Source of the DNA: Gammaproteobacteria bacterium
Lineage (GTDB): Bacteria > Pseudomonadota > Gammaproteobacteria > Eutrophobiales > Eutrophobiaceae
Direction of reading: 5' to 3'
NCBI GenBank assembly: GCA_965222155.1
Contig: CBDCTH010000012.1
Location: 384,001 to 448,000, forward strand
Length of the DNA stretch: 64,000 bases
Shown here: positions 30,484 to 39,691 of the stretch, piece after piece
Numbering within the stretch: position 1 is the stretch's first letter
Layout of the letters: every line of letters begins with the position of its first letter
Notes under the pieces: generated by a model
What the model was told of the DNA's origin: nothing
The model's input: only the letters and a program-made list of their open reading frames with translations
The model's database searches: none
Position numbers and translations under genes: made by a program

Positions 30484-33400
30484 GACGCCGTGTGTTTCTT
30501 CTGCTCCATATCCGTAGGGTCGGTTACTGCCTGTTTAAGATACCGGGCGCTCAACTCCGCCAAGGCCGCTAGAATTATGTTGCGGCGTTTTTCTTTACTA
30601 TTCTCAAGCGTTTTATCTACCCGTTTTATTAAATCTTCTACTTGATTACGTTCTAGGTCAGAAACGGCAAATTCATCATGAACAGGTGTCGGGCGGCCAT
30701 CCATCCCGACCACCACTGCCATGGCATGGCGTTTGTCTTGCCGTCCTTTTACCCGGGCGAATGTTTCAGCCCGCAGAAATTTTTGTGATAGCTCGGCGAG
30801 CTCAACAGTTGTCCGATCGAGATCGATATCTATCCAATGACGTGGTGGTTTATTTGCCGCTAGGCTGGCTATGTCTTCAATACTCGTATCATTATCATCG
30901 AACTGCGAGAGCCTGCCGATAAATGCTTCGAGTTTGAAGTCTCCGACAACCTGGCGGATGTTCTGTGCACGGTCATGCAATTCATTCAGAGATTGCGGGG
31001 AGATATTCGGCACTTGCAATTCTGAGAGCATAATGTCGCGCAGTCGATGCAACATCAAAGGGTAGGCGCGTACCAGCTCCGTCAGACCATCACGTACATT
31101 TTTTACAACGTGGTGCAAGGCTTCCGCATCGATTTGGGAAATGTCTTGGCCCAGGGTTTCGGGTATATCATCAAACAGGAACTTGTTCGGATCCCGTGCG
31201 CGCTTGAACATATCCCTGATACGTACTGCGTTGGCTGATAATCGCATTGTCCGTTTAGACCATTGTGGTAATAGATCGTATATCACCACTAGTCCGCGTG
31301 CGACGTCGATAGGTTCAAGTTGGGCCAACTGGTTGGTTTCGTCAAGGTCCCTCACGATTGCAGCCATTTCTGACAACAACCTTCGGGCAATGTCGGATAA
31401 ATCCATCCATCTGATTTGGATGGTGCTTGAATCCTTTGCCAAGTAGTCAACATCCACGTCGTCAAATCGTGCTTTGAATAAACCTTCCCGGTAGATCGCT
31501 AGTTTTTCCTGTTGTGAAAGAATGAACGCGACGGAAAGAACCGGCAGCAGTCCGTCCTTAACGCCGTAAGGTGGTTTGCGCCAGAGATCATACAAATCCG
31601 AGACTGCAATAGTCTTTTCACGTACCCGCTTGGTCGCAGCTTCCCACATTGGAGTTAGATGACAGGGATCCGAGTTTTCATCGGGAGGCAGAAATTGCCA
31701 TTGATCATTGTGTTGCCGATAAAGCCCGGACGCATCCAGTATTGAAACAAATAGGCCGGCTTCTGCCGGGAATTTCTGTATGCCCAACCTGTCTGCTCCT
31801 TTATTTAGAACCATGCGTCGAAGCAATATATTTTGGGCTGCCACGGCGCTGCCGGATGGTTTCTGCCGGTTCAACAATTCATTATGCAAGCGTGGGCATT
31901 GGTTGAAACGACTGTCTGCAAGTTCTGATGCGATGTTGTTTAGCTCAGCCTGTCTCAGGCGCTGGGCAGTTTGTGATTTGCCAAACCATTGGGCATTATC
32001 AAAGGATTTGTGCAACTCTGTTTCTATCAGTGATTGCAGGGCTGCAAGGCGCGCGGAAACTTCTAGTCTGGCAACGGAATCGCCCGCTAATTCAGGATGC
32101 TCGTCACTCACCCACTCCAACGCAAGTAATTCACGGGCCAATGGAACTATAGCCCATGATGCCATCGACATGCCGACCATACTGTCCCAGGGGGCATCAT
32201 GGTCGGCTGTTTCACGACACAGTTTTGTTGCTTCTTCTTCGCTCTCACCCTCGGTGGGCACGGCAAGAATAAATTGGCCTATGGCCCCCTTCTCAGGCTG
32301 GTAATGCTCAACAGTATCGCGGAGAGCACTGACCGGTATGATGTTCACCTCAAACCATCGCATTGCCCCGGTTTCGTGATAGTGCCGCTTGGCAAGAATG
32401 GGCTGAATGCCCGCCAGTGATTTAAGTTCCTTGAAATCTATCTCATTAATATGCTCAAGCGCTGACCGTGTGGCTTGATCAATATCAAAATCACTTCCGG
32501 CAAAAATAGCATGTGCGTCAAGGTACTTTTTGAAGATGGTGAATGACCAATTATTCAGCTTTGACAGGGCATTCCGGAGTTCTTGATCAGATTTTTTATG
32601 GAAACAGGTTTTCAGTACGTTGAAGTTTGCAATAATCCCTGATCGTTCCTTGAATAAATCTATGATGGCAATGGTTTTTAGAAGCTTGATATGAATTTCA
32701 TTACCGCCCTGGGATTCACATCGTTCAAGCGCCTCAGCAGCCAGCGCCCAGCGATGACCGTCCGGGGATGCCAGTATGGACGGCTCCAGGTTGGCTCGTA
32801 GATAATCCCAGAGCATATCCGGTGTATATAACCTCTCATCTTCGGCATGTTTCAGGAAATCCTGAAACCCGAATAGCTCTGCCGAATTCAGAAAACCGAA
32901 CAGACTGCGCTGATTCTGGCCGAAACGGCGGCGTGAAATAGGTCCGAGCAGACAGGTAACGACCGGATGCAAGGGCCAGCATTCTGAAAGTTTGGAAGCG
33001 AGCCGCTCAGTATCGGTCTTGTTGTTTTGCTGCGTAACCTTGGCGACATTAGTGCAAAGATCATCCATATTTTCAGGCTGGCAATCACTTTCGATTGCGC
33101 GGGAAATCAGTTCTATCTGTTCTTCACCCGTCGCATTGATCACCAGGTCGATGAAGCGCCCTTGTATCTTTGCCCATTCATCCCGTATTTCATGGGAAAG
33201 CCGGTGGGTATATTCCTCGAATGACTGGTGCAGTATGCCGATTACCAGCAAGCGCCCCTTGCTCCTTGATGCAGCTTCGGCAAGCTGTTGAAAGACGTAT
33301 ATATCAGTTCCGTTCCTGACTGCAGCCTCCAGGAATTTGCCCATCTCATCGATGAACAACACCACACCGCCATACTTATCAGGTTTGTATTCGGCGGCAT

Positions 33401-33863
33401 CTGTAAGCGCTTTTATCAGGTTGCTTTCACTCCACCCGCCGCGTGGACGGCGTCTTGCAACTCGTTCTCGTCTCACTGCTTCTCCGATAACCCTGACAGG
33501 GTCATCCCTAACACCGACTACCGGCACAACGCGCCATCCTTCAGTTCCCAAAGGTAGCGCTTCCCCGATGGTATCCGTCAATTCCTGTCCGAATACCTTC
33601 AACGCTTGTGCGCGTAAAGATGAGTTGCCGTTCAACAATGCGCTCAATGCAACGACCAAACTGGATTTCCCACTTCCATACGGGCCGGTCCATGTGAATG
33701 CTCCCTGTCCGGTTTCGGATACGTGGCGCGCCATGGTCATCAGGACGTCGCTGTATGATTGTGGACAAATAAAGCCTTCCAATGCTGAGCTTTCAGTCAG
33801 ATCAGTATCGATGCGTATTGATCTTAAGAAGCGGCGGGCGATGTGGACGTGTTCGTTCAGCAT
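30480..33863 (-). CDS. sspC: large P-loop ATPase, SspC/BrxC-like
   Basis: RFLRSIRI, Walker A GPYGSGKSS, Walker B FIDEMGKFLE, WPLHP, FGQNQRSLFGFL; 1127 aa. Confidence 0.8.
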   Translation of the reverse strand: MLNEHVHIARRFLRSIRIDTDLTESSALEGFICPQSYSDVLMTMARHVSETGQGAFTWTGPYGSGKSSLVVALSALLNGNSSLRAQALKVFGQELTDTIGEALPLGTEGWRVVPVVGVRDDPVRVIGEAVRRERVARRRPRGGWSESNLIKALTDAAEYKPDKYGGVVLFIDEMGKFLEAAVRNGTDIYVFQQLAEAASRSKGRLLVIGILHQSFEEYTHRLSHEIRDEWAKIQGRFIDLVINATGEEQIELISRAIESDCQPENMDDLCTNVAKVTQQNNKTDTERLASKLSECWPLHPVVTCLLGPISRRRFGQNQRSLFGFLNSAELFGFQDFLKHAEDERLYTPDMLWDYLRANLEPSILASPDGHRWALAAEALERCESQGGNEIHIKLLKTIAIIDLFKERSGIIANFNVLKTCFHKKSDQELRNALSKLNNWSFTIFKKYLDAHAIFAGSDFDIDQATRSALEHINEIDFKELKSLAGIQPILAKRHYHETGAMRWFEVNIIPVSALRDTVEHYQPEKGAIGQFILAVPTEGESEEEATKLCRETADHDAPWDSMVGMSMASWAIVPLARELLALEWVSDEHPELAGDSVARLEVSARLAALQSLIETELHKSFDNAQWFGKSQTAQRLRQAELNNIASELADSRFNQCPRLHNELLNRQKPSGSAVAAQNILLRRMVLNKGADRLGIQKFPAEAGLFVSILDASGLYRQHNDQWQFLPPDENSDPCHLTPMWEAATKRVREKTIAVSDLYDLWRKPPYGVKDGLLPVLSVAFILSQQEKLAIYREGLFKARFDDVDVDYLAKDSSTIQIRWMDLSDIARRLLSEMAAIVRDLDETNQLAQLEPIDVARGLVVIYDLLPQWSKRTMRLSANAVRIRDMFKRARDPNKFLFDDIPETLGQDISQIDAEALHHVVKNVRDGLTELVRAYPLMLHRLRDIMLSELQVPNISPQSLNELHDRAQNIRQVVGDFKLEAFIGRLSQFDDNDTSIEDIASLAANKPPRHWIDIDLDRTTVELAELSQKFLRAETFARVKGRQDKRHAMAVVVGMDGRPTPVHDEFAVSDLERNQVEDLIKRVDKTLENSKEKRRNIILAALAELSARYLKQAVTDPTDMEQKKHTAS

Positions 33864-34834
33864 TACCAGCTTGTTCCCTCTACGGTTGAACTGTCATAAT
33901 CGGAAAACAGGTATAGGAGTTTGGTTTCTTCGTCAATATCGATACTACGAACCACCTGTTTCAAACCGGCGGACTCAGACCACCGCAATCTCCCATCCGT
34001 TATATCTTCAAGTACTGTCAAGCGATCGACTACGTCATTCTCTTCCAAGGCAAACACGCGCCCCGGCCCGCCAGGTTCATAGGCGATAGCTTCAAATGAC
34101 AATGTATTAGCGTCGGAGTAGTGCGACCAGAAATCCAATAGAGCATATACAAACACGCTGTCAGAAAGGGTTGCCTTGGGACCGCGCACAAAACGAAATC
34201 CGTCTTTTTCACCTATGGCTTTTATCAAACCTAATTCCGTCAAAGGGGATTCCAAGGCATCATCGTGTCCGGTTCTCCCCGTTGGTTGTCGTGCTGCATA
34301 GGTCCGGATAAAACAGGCTACATCATTTTTAATAGTCGTATTTGAGACGCGGGGCCAGGCGCGATCTTGTGCAAGGCGTCCGATTTTTTGCAAGAACAAG
34401 TTACGGGTAAATATAACTGCAGGGTAATGGCTGAAAGCCCAAAACCAGGTTGTTTTCCTAGCTTGGGCAGCTAACTTCCAATGAATCAGCCAGAGTGTTG
34501 CGGGGTGTTCCATATATGGGTCGTGTCCTTTTATCCCGTTGTTTCCAAAAAGCTTTTTCCCAAGTATTGTCGTATGAACTGAATCTTCCTTATCAGACTC
34601 CTCAATAATACCACAGCTTGTTGCCCAATGGCGTATGGAGGCAACCATATTTTTTCCAACACCGTATCGTGCGATGGCGTCGTCACCCCAACACAGGGAT
34701 TTATTATCAGGGGTATCCTCGGTTTCAGCTACGCGATCAAATGCCTTTTTCAGCCATCCGTAGCGTAGTGGGAATGTCTCATGCCCCGAGAAATGTGGGC
34801 GATAATTCTGTTCATAGAGCGGTCTATGTGGCAT
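33863..34834 (-). CDS. sspB: DUF4007 protein, SspB-like
   Basis: FSGHETFPLRYGWLKKA, GVGKNMVASIRHW, DPYME...TLWLIHW; 1-bp stop/start overlap with the next gene. Confidence 0.85.
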   Translation of the reverse strand: MPHRPLYEQNYRPHFSGHETFPLRYGWLKKAFDRVAETEDTPDNKSLCWGDDAIARYGVGKNMVASIRHWATSCGIIEESDKEDSVHTTILGKKLFGNNGIKGHDPYMEHPATLWLIHWKLAAQARKTTWFWAFSHYPAVIFTRNLFLQKIGRLAQDRAWPRVSNTTIKNDVACFIRTYAARQPTGRTGHDDALESPLTELGLIKAIGEKDGFRFVRGPKATLSDSVFVYALLDFWSHYSDANTLSFEAIAYEPGGPGRVFALEENDVVDRLTVLEDITDGRLRWSESAGLKQVVRSIDIDEETKLLYLFSDYDSSTVEGTSW

Positions 34835-35010
34835 CGTTACGCGTCCTGTGTGATATAAAATGTTTTCCCTTCCTGGAGATGTCCTCCAGTTCGATTTTAA
34901 TGTAAAGGATATGCTATAGTCAATCTGTTTGTGAAAGTTATTTCCGTATTTTGGCTATGGCGTCGAGGATGTGTCTGACATAGAATTTATATTCTATCTG
35001 ATTGAATTAA

Positions 35011-36216
35011 ATGAGGATTTCAGAAACCATCTATTTGGACCATCAGGCGACAACACCTGTCGATCAGCAGGTTTTAGACAGAATGCTGCCTTATTTCAGG
35101 GAATCGTTCGGCAACCCCCATTCTGCAGACCATAGTCTCGGTTGGAAAAGTTCGCTTGCCGTGGAGCAGGCGGCAGCGCAAGTCGCAGATTTGATTGGTG
35201 CTGATGCCGATGAGATCATTTTCACGTCAGGCGCCACTGAAGCTAACAACATGGCACTGCTTGGACTTGCCCGTCATGGACGTTCTGATAGTAAGCGAAG
35301 ACTGTTTATTCTCAGTGATATTGAACACAAGTGTGTGCTTGCTGCCGGACGTGTTATTGCTGAACGACTTGGTTTTTCTGTAGAGCATCTCCCTGTCGAT
35401 GATGAGGGCCGGATCCTGTTGCCGTCATTAGAAGATGCCTTGAATGATGACGTGCTTGCCGTTTCCGTCATGGCTGTAAATAATGAAATCGGTACGATAC
35501 AAGAGATCAGTAATATATCCGAACTCGCCAGAAAAGCAGGCGCTATATTCCATTGCGATGCTGCCCAGGCCCCCGTTTCCATGGATTTACGGGAAATTGT
35601 AAAGCATGTAGATCTGTTGAGTCTTTCCGCCCACAAGATGTACGGTCCGAAAGGGATTGGCGCGCTCTACATTCGTCGTGAGTTACAGGATGATTTAGAA
35701 CCGCTTATCTACGGCGGCGGACAACAGGGTGGGTTGCGTTCAGGTACTGTTCCTACTCCTTTATGTGTAGGCATGGGTGCTGCAGCTGAACTTTTGAGTG
35801 GAAACGAAGCGAGACAGAAACGCGAGATTTTACGTCAACGACGAGACCGCTTTGTTGAAAAATTAACAGGTTTGCCGTGGCCCACGCGCTTGAATGGTCG
35901 TGCGGGGGAATACCGTCATCCCGGCAATGCCAATATCTGTTTCAATGGTTTCTCGGCCCAGGATATTTTACAGGTGCTTCAACCCCATCTTGCCGCGTCA
36001 ACCGGGTCTGCGTGTACATCAGGTATTCCTGAGCCGTCTCACGTTCTCAAAGCCATTGGTTTGACCCATGAAGATGCTGAAGCATCCATACGTTTCAGTC
36101 TTGGTTTCGATACAAGTGACGAAGATATTGATGAAGCCGTGAACTTGATAGACAATGCGCTTAACAGACTTTCAACTATGCAGATCAGTGTTTCAGCGGC
36201 AGGCGGCACCGGTTAG
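35011..36216 (+). CDS. cysteine desulfurase (IscS/DndA/SspA-like)
   Basis: IYLDHQATTP, SAHKMYGPKG (PLP lysine), STGSACTS (catalytic Cys); divergent from sspB. Confidence 0.92.
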   Translation: MRISETIYLDHQATTPVDQQVLDRMLPYFRESFGNPHSADHSLGWKSSLAVEQAAAQVADLIGADADEIIFTSGATEANNMALLGLARHGRSDSKRRLFILSDIEHKCVLAAGRVIAERLGFSVEHLPVDDEGRILLPSLEDALNDDVLAVSVMAVNNEIGTIQEISNISELARKAGAIFHCDAAQAPVSMDLREIVKHVDLLSLSAHKMYGPKGIGALYIRRELQDDLEPLIYGGGQQGGLRSGTVPTPLCVGMGAAAELLSGNEARQKREILRQRRDRFVEKLTGLPWPTRLNGRAGEYRHPGNANICFNGFSAQDILQVLQPHLAASTGSACTSGIPEPSHVLKAIGLTHEDAEASIRFSLGFDTSDEDIDEAVNLIDNALNRLSTMQISVSAAGGTG

Positions 36217-36292
36217 AGGATGATTGCCATTCTGGATTCCGGCTTCCGCCGGAATGACGCAAAATAAATAACCCCGATTAAGGAGAAAACCA

Positions 36293-36739
36293 ATGCGATA
36301 TCTACATACCATGCTCCGGGTCTCCGACTTGGACAAGACCATGTCTTTTTTCTGTGGCGTCATGGGCATGCAGGAAGTGCGACGCATGGAAAGCGAGAAG
36401 GGTCGTTTTACCCTGGTATTCCTGGCTGCATCCGGTGACGTGGACGGGATGGAAGGGCCGGGCCAGCCGGCGCCGGTGCTGGAGTTGACCCATAACTGGG
36501 ACCCGGAGGAATACACCGGCGGGCGTAATTTCGGTCATGTCGCTTTTGAGGTGGATGATATTTATGCCACATGTCAGAAGATTGCGGACAGCGGCGTGAC
36601 CATCAACCGGCCGCCGCGTGACGGCCACATGGCATTCCTGCGTACGCCGGATAATATCTCCATTGAGTTGTTGCAGAAGGGCGGGGCGCGGCCGCCGCAG
36701 GAGCCCTGGGCGTCTGCGGAGAATATAGGTGTGTGGTAG
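36293..36739 (+). CDS. gloA: lactoylglutathione lyase (glyoxalase I / VOC family)
   Basis: [30 protein letters not shown]. Confidence 0.88.
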   Translation: MRYLHTMLRVSDLDKTMSFFCGVMGMQEVRRMESEKGRFTLVFLAASGDVDGMEGPGQPAPVLELTHNWDPEEYTGGRNFGHVAFEVDDIYATCQKIADSGVTINRPPRDGHMAFLRTPDNISIELLQKGGARPPQEPWASAENIGVW

Positions 36740-36825
36740 TCGACCGTCTTGTAATAAGGAGCCGTTTTGCGGCATGTTGTTCTACTGGATTCCTGCATTC
36801 GCAGGAATGGCGATTGGGGCGCCAG

Positions 36826-38316
36826 TTATTTCGTCAGTTTCTGATCCAGTAGCAGGTTCAGGGTAAAGCGCACCCCGAAGCCCGTGGTGTCGGTGGGGAT
36901 ATGGGCCAGGCCGCCCTTGTTGTTGCCGGCGGAGAGGTCCACGTGTATCCACGGGCAGTCGTGCTTGACGAACCGTTGCAGGAAGCGCGCTCCGAGGATA
37001 TGGTCCACGCCGGGGTCGCTGCTGCACTGCTTGGTATCGGCAAACTTGCTTTCCAGCGGCTCGTCATAGTCCTCATCCATGGGGAATGGCCAGACCCGCT
37101 CGCCGCTGTCCACGCCTGCCTTGACCATCCGGGGCAGAAACTCTTCCTGGTTGGTAAATACGCCGCTGTAGGTCTTGCCGATGGCGTAGACGCAGGCGCC
37201 GGTCAGGGTGGCGTAGTCGATGATCAGTTTCGGGCGGCAGCGGGAGGCCAGCACCAGTGTGTCTGCCAGCACCATCCTGCCTTCGGCGTCTGTGTGGACG
37301 ATCTCGATGGTGGTGCCGTCAACGGCGGTGACGATATCGCCGGGGTTGTAGGCGTCCGGGCCGATATGGTTGGTGCAGATTGCCAGCCAGCATTCAACGG
37401 GAAATTGGACCTTGAGCCGGGTCAAGGCCGTCAGGGCGCCTAACGCGACCGCGCTGCCTTCCATGTCCTCGTGCATTCCCATCATGTAGTTGTGGGGTTT
37501 CAGGTTGACGCCGCCGGTGTCGAAACAGATGCCCTTGCCCACCAGGGTCAGTGTATCTGTAGATTTCGGTTCGTCGGGCACATAACGCAGGCGCAGGATG
37601 CCGCCGTCCTTGTGCGGGCTGCCCTGGGCGACGGCCAGGAACGCGCCGGCCTTTTTCTTCTCCAGTTGGGCGATGCTGAAGAACTGGCTTTTCCAGCCGT
37701 ATTCTTTGGTCAGCCCGGCGATGCGCTTGCGATACAGGGCCGGGGTGAGTTCATTCTGGGGCAGGGCGGTCAGGTAGCGCGCCAGGGCGTTGCCCTCGTC
37801 TTCGGCGAAGGTGCGCTCGAACCCGTATTTTTCCGGTACGCCGAACAGGTGGATCTGTTTGAGCCTGTTGCGGTTTTTGCGCTTGCTGTGAAAGTCAGGC
37901 ATGTCTGCATCAGCCGCCAGGGCCGCCGCCAATAGGGCCTCCGCCACCCGCGCGGACTTTTTCGTGGTAAAGCCGATAACGGCGATGCCCAGTTCCCTCG
38001 CCTGGTAGTCATGATGGCCGTCGACCAGCTTGCGCGCCAGGGTGAGCAGTTCGAACGCGGACTGGTCGGGCTTGATGGTGGAGAGCGCGACGCGCCCGGC
38101 CTTGTCGTTGGGTAAATCGGTGAGCAGCAGTGGTGGGTTGTCAGCATCGTCTTGCTGCAGCCGCTTATGGCGTTTTTGCAGGACGTCGCGGTAGGGAAAT
38201 GACGGCCATCTACCCTTTGCCCCTGGTTCCTTGACGACGATTATCCAGTGTTCAAGGGCATCGAACCGGGTTGAGTCCGGCAGTTCTCCGAATTGTTGCA
38301 ATTGTGTCTGTTTCAT
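36826..38316 (-). CDS. M17 leucyl aminopeptidase family protein
   Basis: VGKGICFDTGG, DMEGSA, HTDAEGRMVLAD, ATLTGA. Confidence 0.92.
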   Translation of the reverse strand: MKQTQLQQFGELPDSTRFDALEHWIIVVKEPGAKGRWPSFPYRDVLQKRHKRLQQDDADNPPLLLTDLPNDKAGRVALSTIKPDQSAFELLTLARKLVDGHHDYQARELGIAVIGFTTKKSARVAEALLAAALAADADMPDFHSKRKNRNRLKQIHLFGVPEKYGFERTFAEDEGNALARYLTALPQNELTPALYRKRIAGLTKEYGWKSQFFSIAQLEKKKAGAFLAVAQGSPHKDGGILRLRYVPDEPKSTDTLTLVGKGICFDTGGVNLKPHNYMMGMHEDMEGSAVALGALTALTRLKVQFPVECWLAICTNHIGPDAYNPGDIVTAVDGTTIEIVHTDAEGRMVLADTLVLASRCRPKLIIDYATLTGACVYAIGKTYSGVFTNQEEFLPRMVKAGVDSGERVWPFPMDEDYDEPLESKFADTKQCSSDPGVDHILGARFLQRFVKHDCPWIHVDLSAGNNKGGLAHIPTDTTGFGVRFTLNLLLDQKLTK

Positions 38317-38361
38317 GCCTCGCCAATATATCAGGAAGCGGGTAAAAAAGGGAAAGCTTTA

Positions 38362-38544
38362 CAGGGCAACCATACTTTCTCTCAGAGGGGATAAAGGGGA
38401 CAGATTTGAAATCTGTCCCCGGCGGCCCGGAAAGCAAATTTGGGACACCCATAAATTTAAAATGCTCGTGTAATTTATGGGTGTCCCAAATTGAGCAGGC
38501 TCACAGTTCTACGGGGTAGAATCCAAAAGTATGATCTTGCCCAA
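38362..38544. mobile_element. putative ISAs1-derived MITE carrying REP-like palindromes
   Basis: Ends cagggcaaccatacttt and aaagtatgatcttgccc resemble the IRs of the ISAs1 at 50273-51526; internal palindromes at 38396-38420 and 38437-38492. Confidence 0.55.
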
Positions 38545-38607
38545 GGAAAACCTGGAAAAAAGCGCTGAAATGTCAGTCTCGATCGGCTACACTTGATAGT
38601 GAGTAAA

Positions 38608-38637
38608 CGGGCGACCCGGATTTATCCGGGTCGCCCG
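38608..38637. repeat. palindrome
   Basis: cgggcgacccggatttatccgggtcgcccg. Confidence 0.75.
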
Positions 38638-38686
38638 GATAGTTGCGGATTGCCTACCCTTGAAACTAACTCTTGAGGTAGCGATC

Positions 38687-39058
38687 ATGAGCGTTGATTA
38701 TCAACTCATTGCTGGTATTGACTCTGCTGTTAAGGCAGAGAAAAGTGAAGATGGCTGGTATACGATAGTCAGGGACGGCGAAGTCCAATTGGGTGAACTG
38801 GTTACCGACAAGTACCGGAACCTGACCTTTAAGGTCACAGGCTTTGGTGCCCCCTTCTACGTTGCCGAAGTCCGTATCGAGGATGCGGGGGAAGGCTATT
38901 ACTCTTCTGTCATTATTGACTACCATGAGGCGGTCAATAATTTCGACAGGTACGAAAAAATAGCTGTCTGTCAGGCATTCCTGGAACCGGTGCGTCACCT
39001 TCGCCGCGTCCAACCGCAACGCGACATGCCTGTCGCGCTTGCAGCAGGTTGGAGCTGA
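38687..39058 (+). CDS. hypothetical protein
   Basis: RBS gagg before the ATG, 123 aa, followed by an intrinsic terminator. Confidence 0.6.
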   Translation: MSVDYQLIAGIDSAVKAEKSEDGWYTIVRDGEVQLGELVTDKYRNLTFKVTGFGAPFYVAEVRIEDAGEGYYSSVIIDYHEAVNNFDRYEKIAVCQAFLEPVRHLRRVQPQRDMPVALAAGWS

Positions 39059-39065
39059 CCGGCGG

Positions 39066-39094
39066 AAAAGGCGATCTCTCGATCGCCTTTTTTT
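39066..39094 (+). terminator. rho-independent terminator, possibly bidirectional
   Basis: aaaaggcgatc-tctc-gatcgcc-ttttttt. Confidence 0.85.
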
Positions 39095-39197
39095 ATGCCG
39101 GAAGCGTTATTTTGCGCTATTCTTTGACTGTTGTAGAAGCAGGTGCTCCCGTTAAATCGGGGTCAATACAGTGATTCTTGCCGGATTCGAAGACAGC

Positions 39198-39221
39198 GGG
39201 GACAGATTTAAATCTGTCCCC
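39198..39221. repeat. REP-like palindrome
   Basis: ggggacagatttaaatctgtcccc. Confidence 0.85.
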
Positions 39222-39268
39222 CAGGAGTTAGCGGGAACGGCTGTTGTAGAAGTGTAGGAGTATAGGAA

Positions 39269-39628
39269 ATGAAACGGATATGTTACGTTATGTTTTTGCT
39301 GTTGATCCTGGTCCAGGGACGGGTGGTTTCCGGAGCTGACCTGTTGACGGGTGTTACGCGCCTGTCCTGTGAAGCCCTGCTTTGCCTGTCCTCGCCAGCG
39401 CGTCCCGCGGCCTGCAATGCAGCACTGTCATATTATTTTGCCATCAAGAAATTCACTTGGCCGGCGACGTTTGCAGCCAGGGTGAGGTTCCTGAACAAGT
39501 GTCCGACGGGTTCGCCGGAACTGGCCCGGTCGGTGGCTGACAAGGCCCCGCGGAGATGGGAGGCCGCACCGGGGACCATCCCGGGGACAGACCTGAGGTC
39601 TGTCCCCAGATACTTGGGGTCAGAGTAA
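39269..39628 (+). CDS. trbM: TrbM/KikA-family conjugal transfer protein
   Basis: Signal peptide; LSCEALLCLSS...C...LSYYFAI...ARVRFLNKCP cysteine pattern; C-terminus runs into a REP. Confidence 0.75.
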   Translation: MKRICYVMFLLLILVQGRVVSGADLLTGVTRLSCEALLCLSSPARPAACNAALSYYFAIKKFTWPATFAARVRFLNKCPTGSPELARSVADKAPRRWEAAPGTIPGTDLRSVPRYLGSE

Positions 39629-39685
39629 AAATATGTAACAAGAGCTGGAAACGCCTGCCAATAACTGTATTTTTACTCTGACCCC
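39583..39685. repeat. REP cluster: GGGGACAGA palindrome plus a GGGGTCAGAGTAAAAATA...TATTTTTACTCTGACCCC inverted pair
   Basis: 39583-39607 and 39616-39685; the inverted pair is homologous to 63469-63540. Confidence 0.85.
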
Positions 39686-39691
39686 GAATAT

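Noticed and set aside
29641-36216. Type 4 BREX or DndABCDE call
   Set aside because: No pglZ or brxL, and no dndB, dndD or dndE; DUF4007 plus a large ATPase fits an Ssp-type core.
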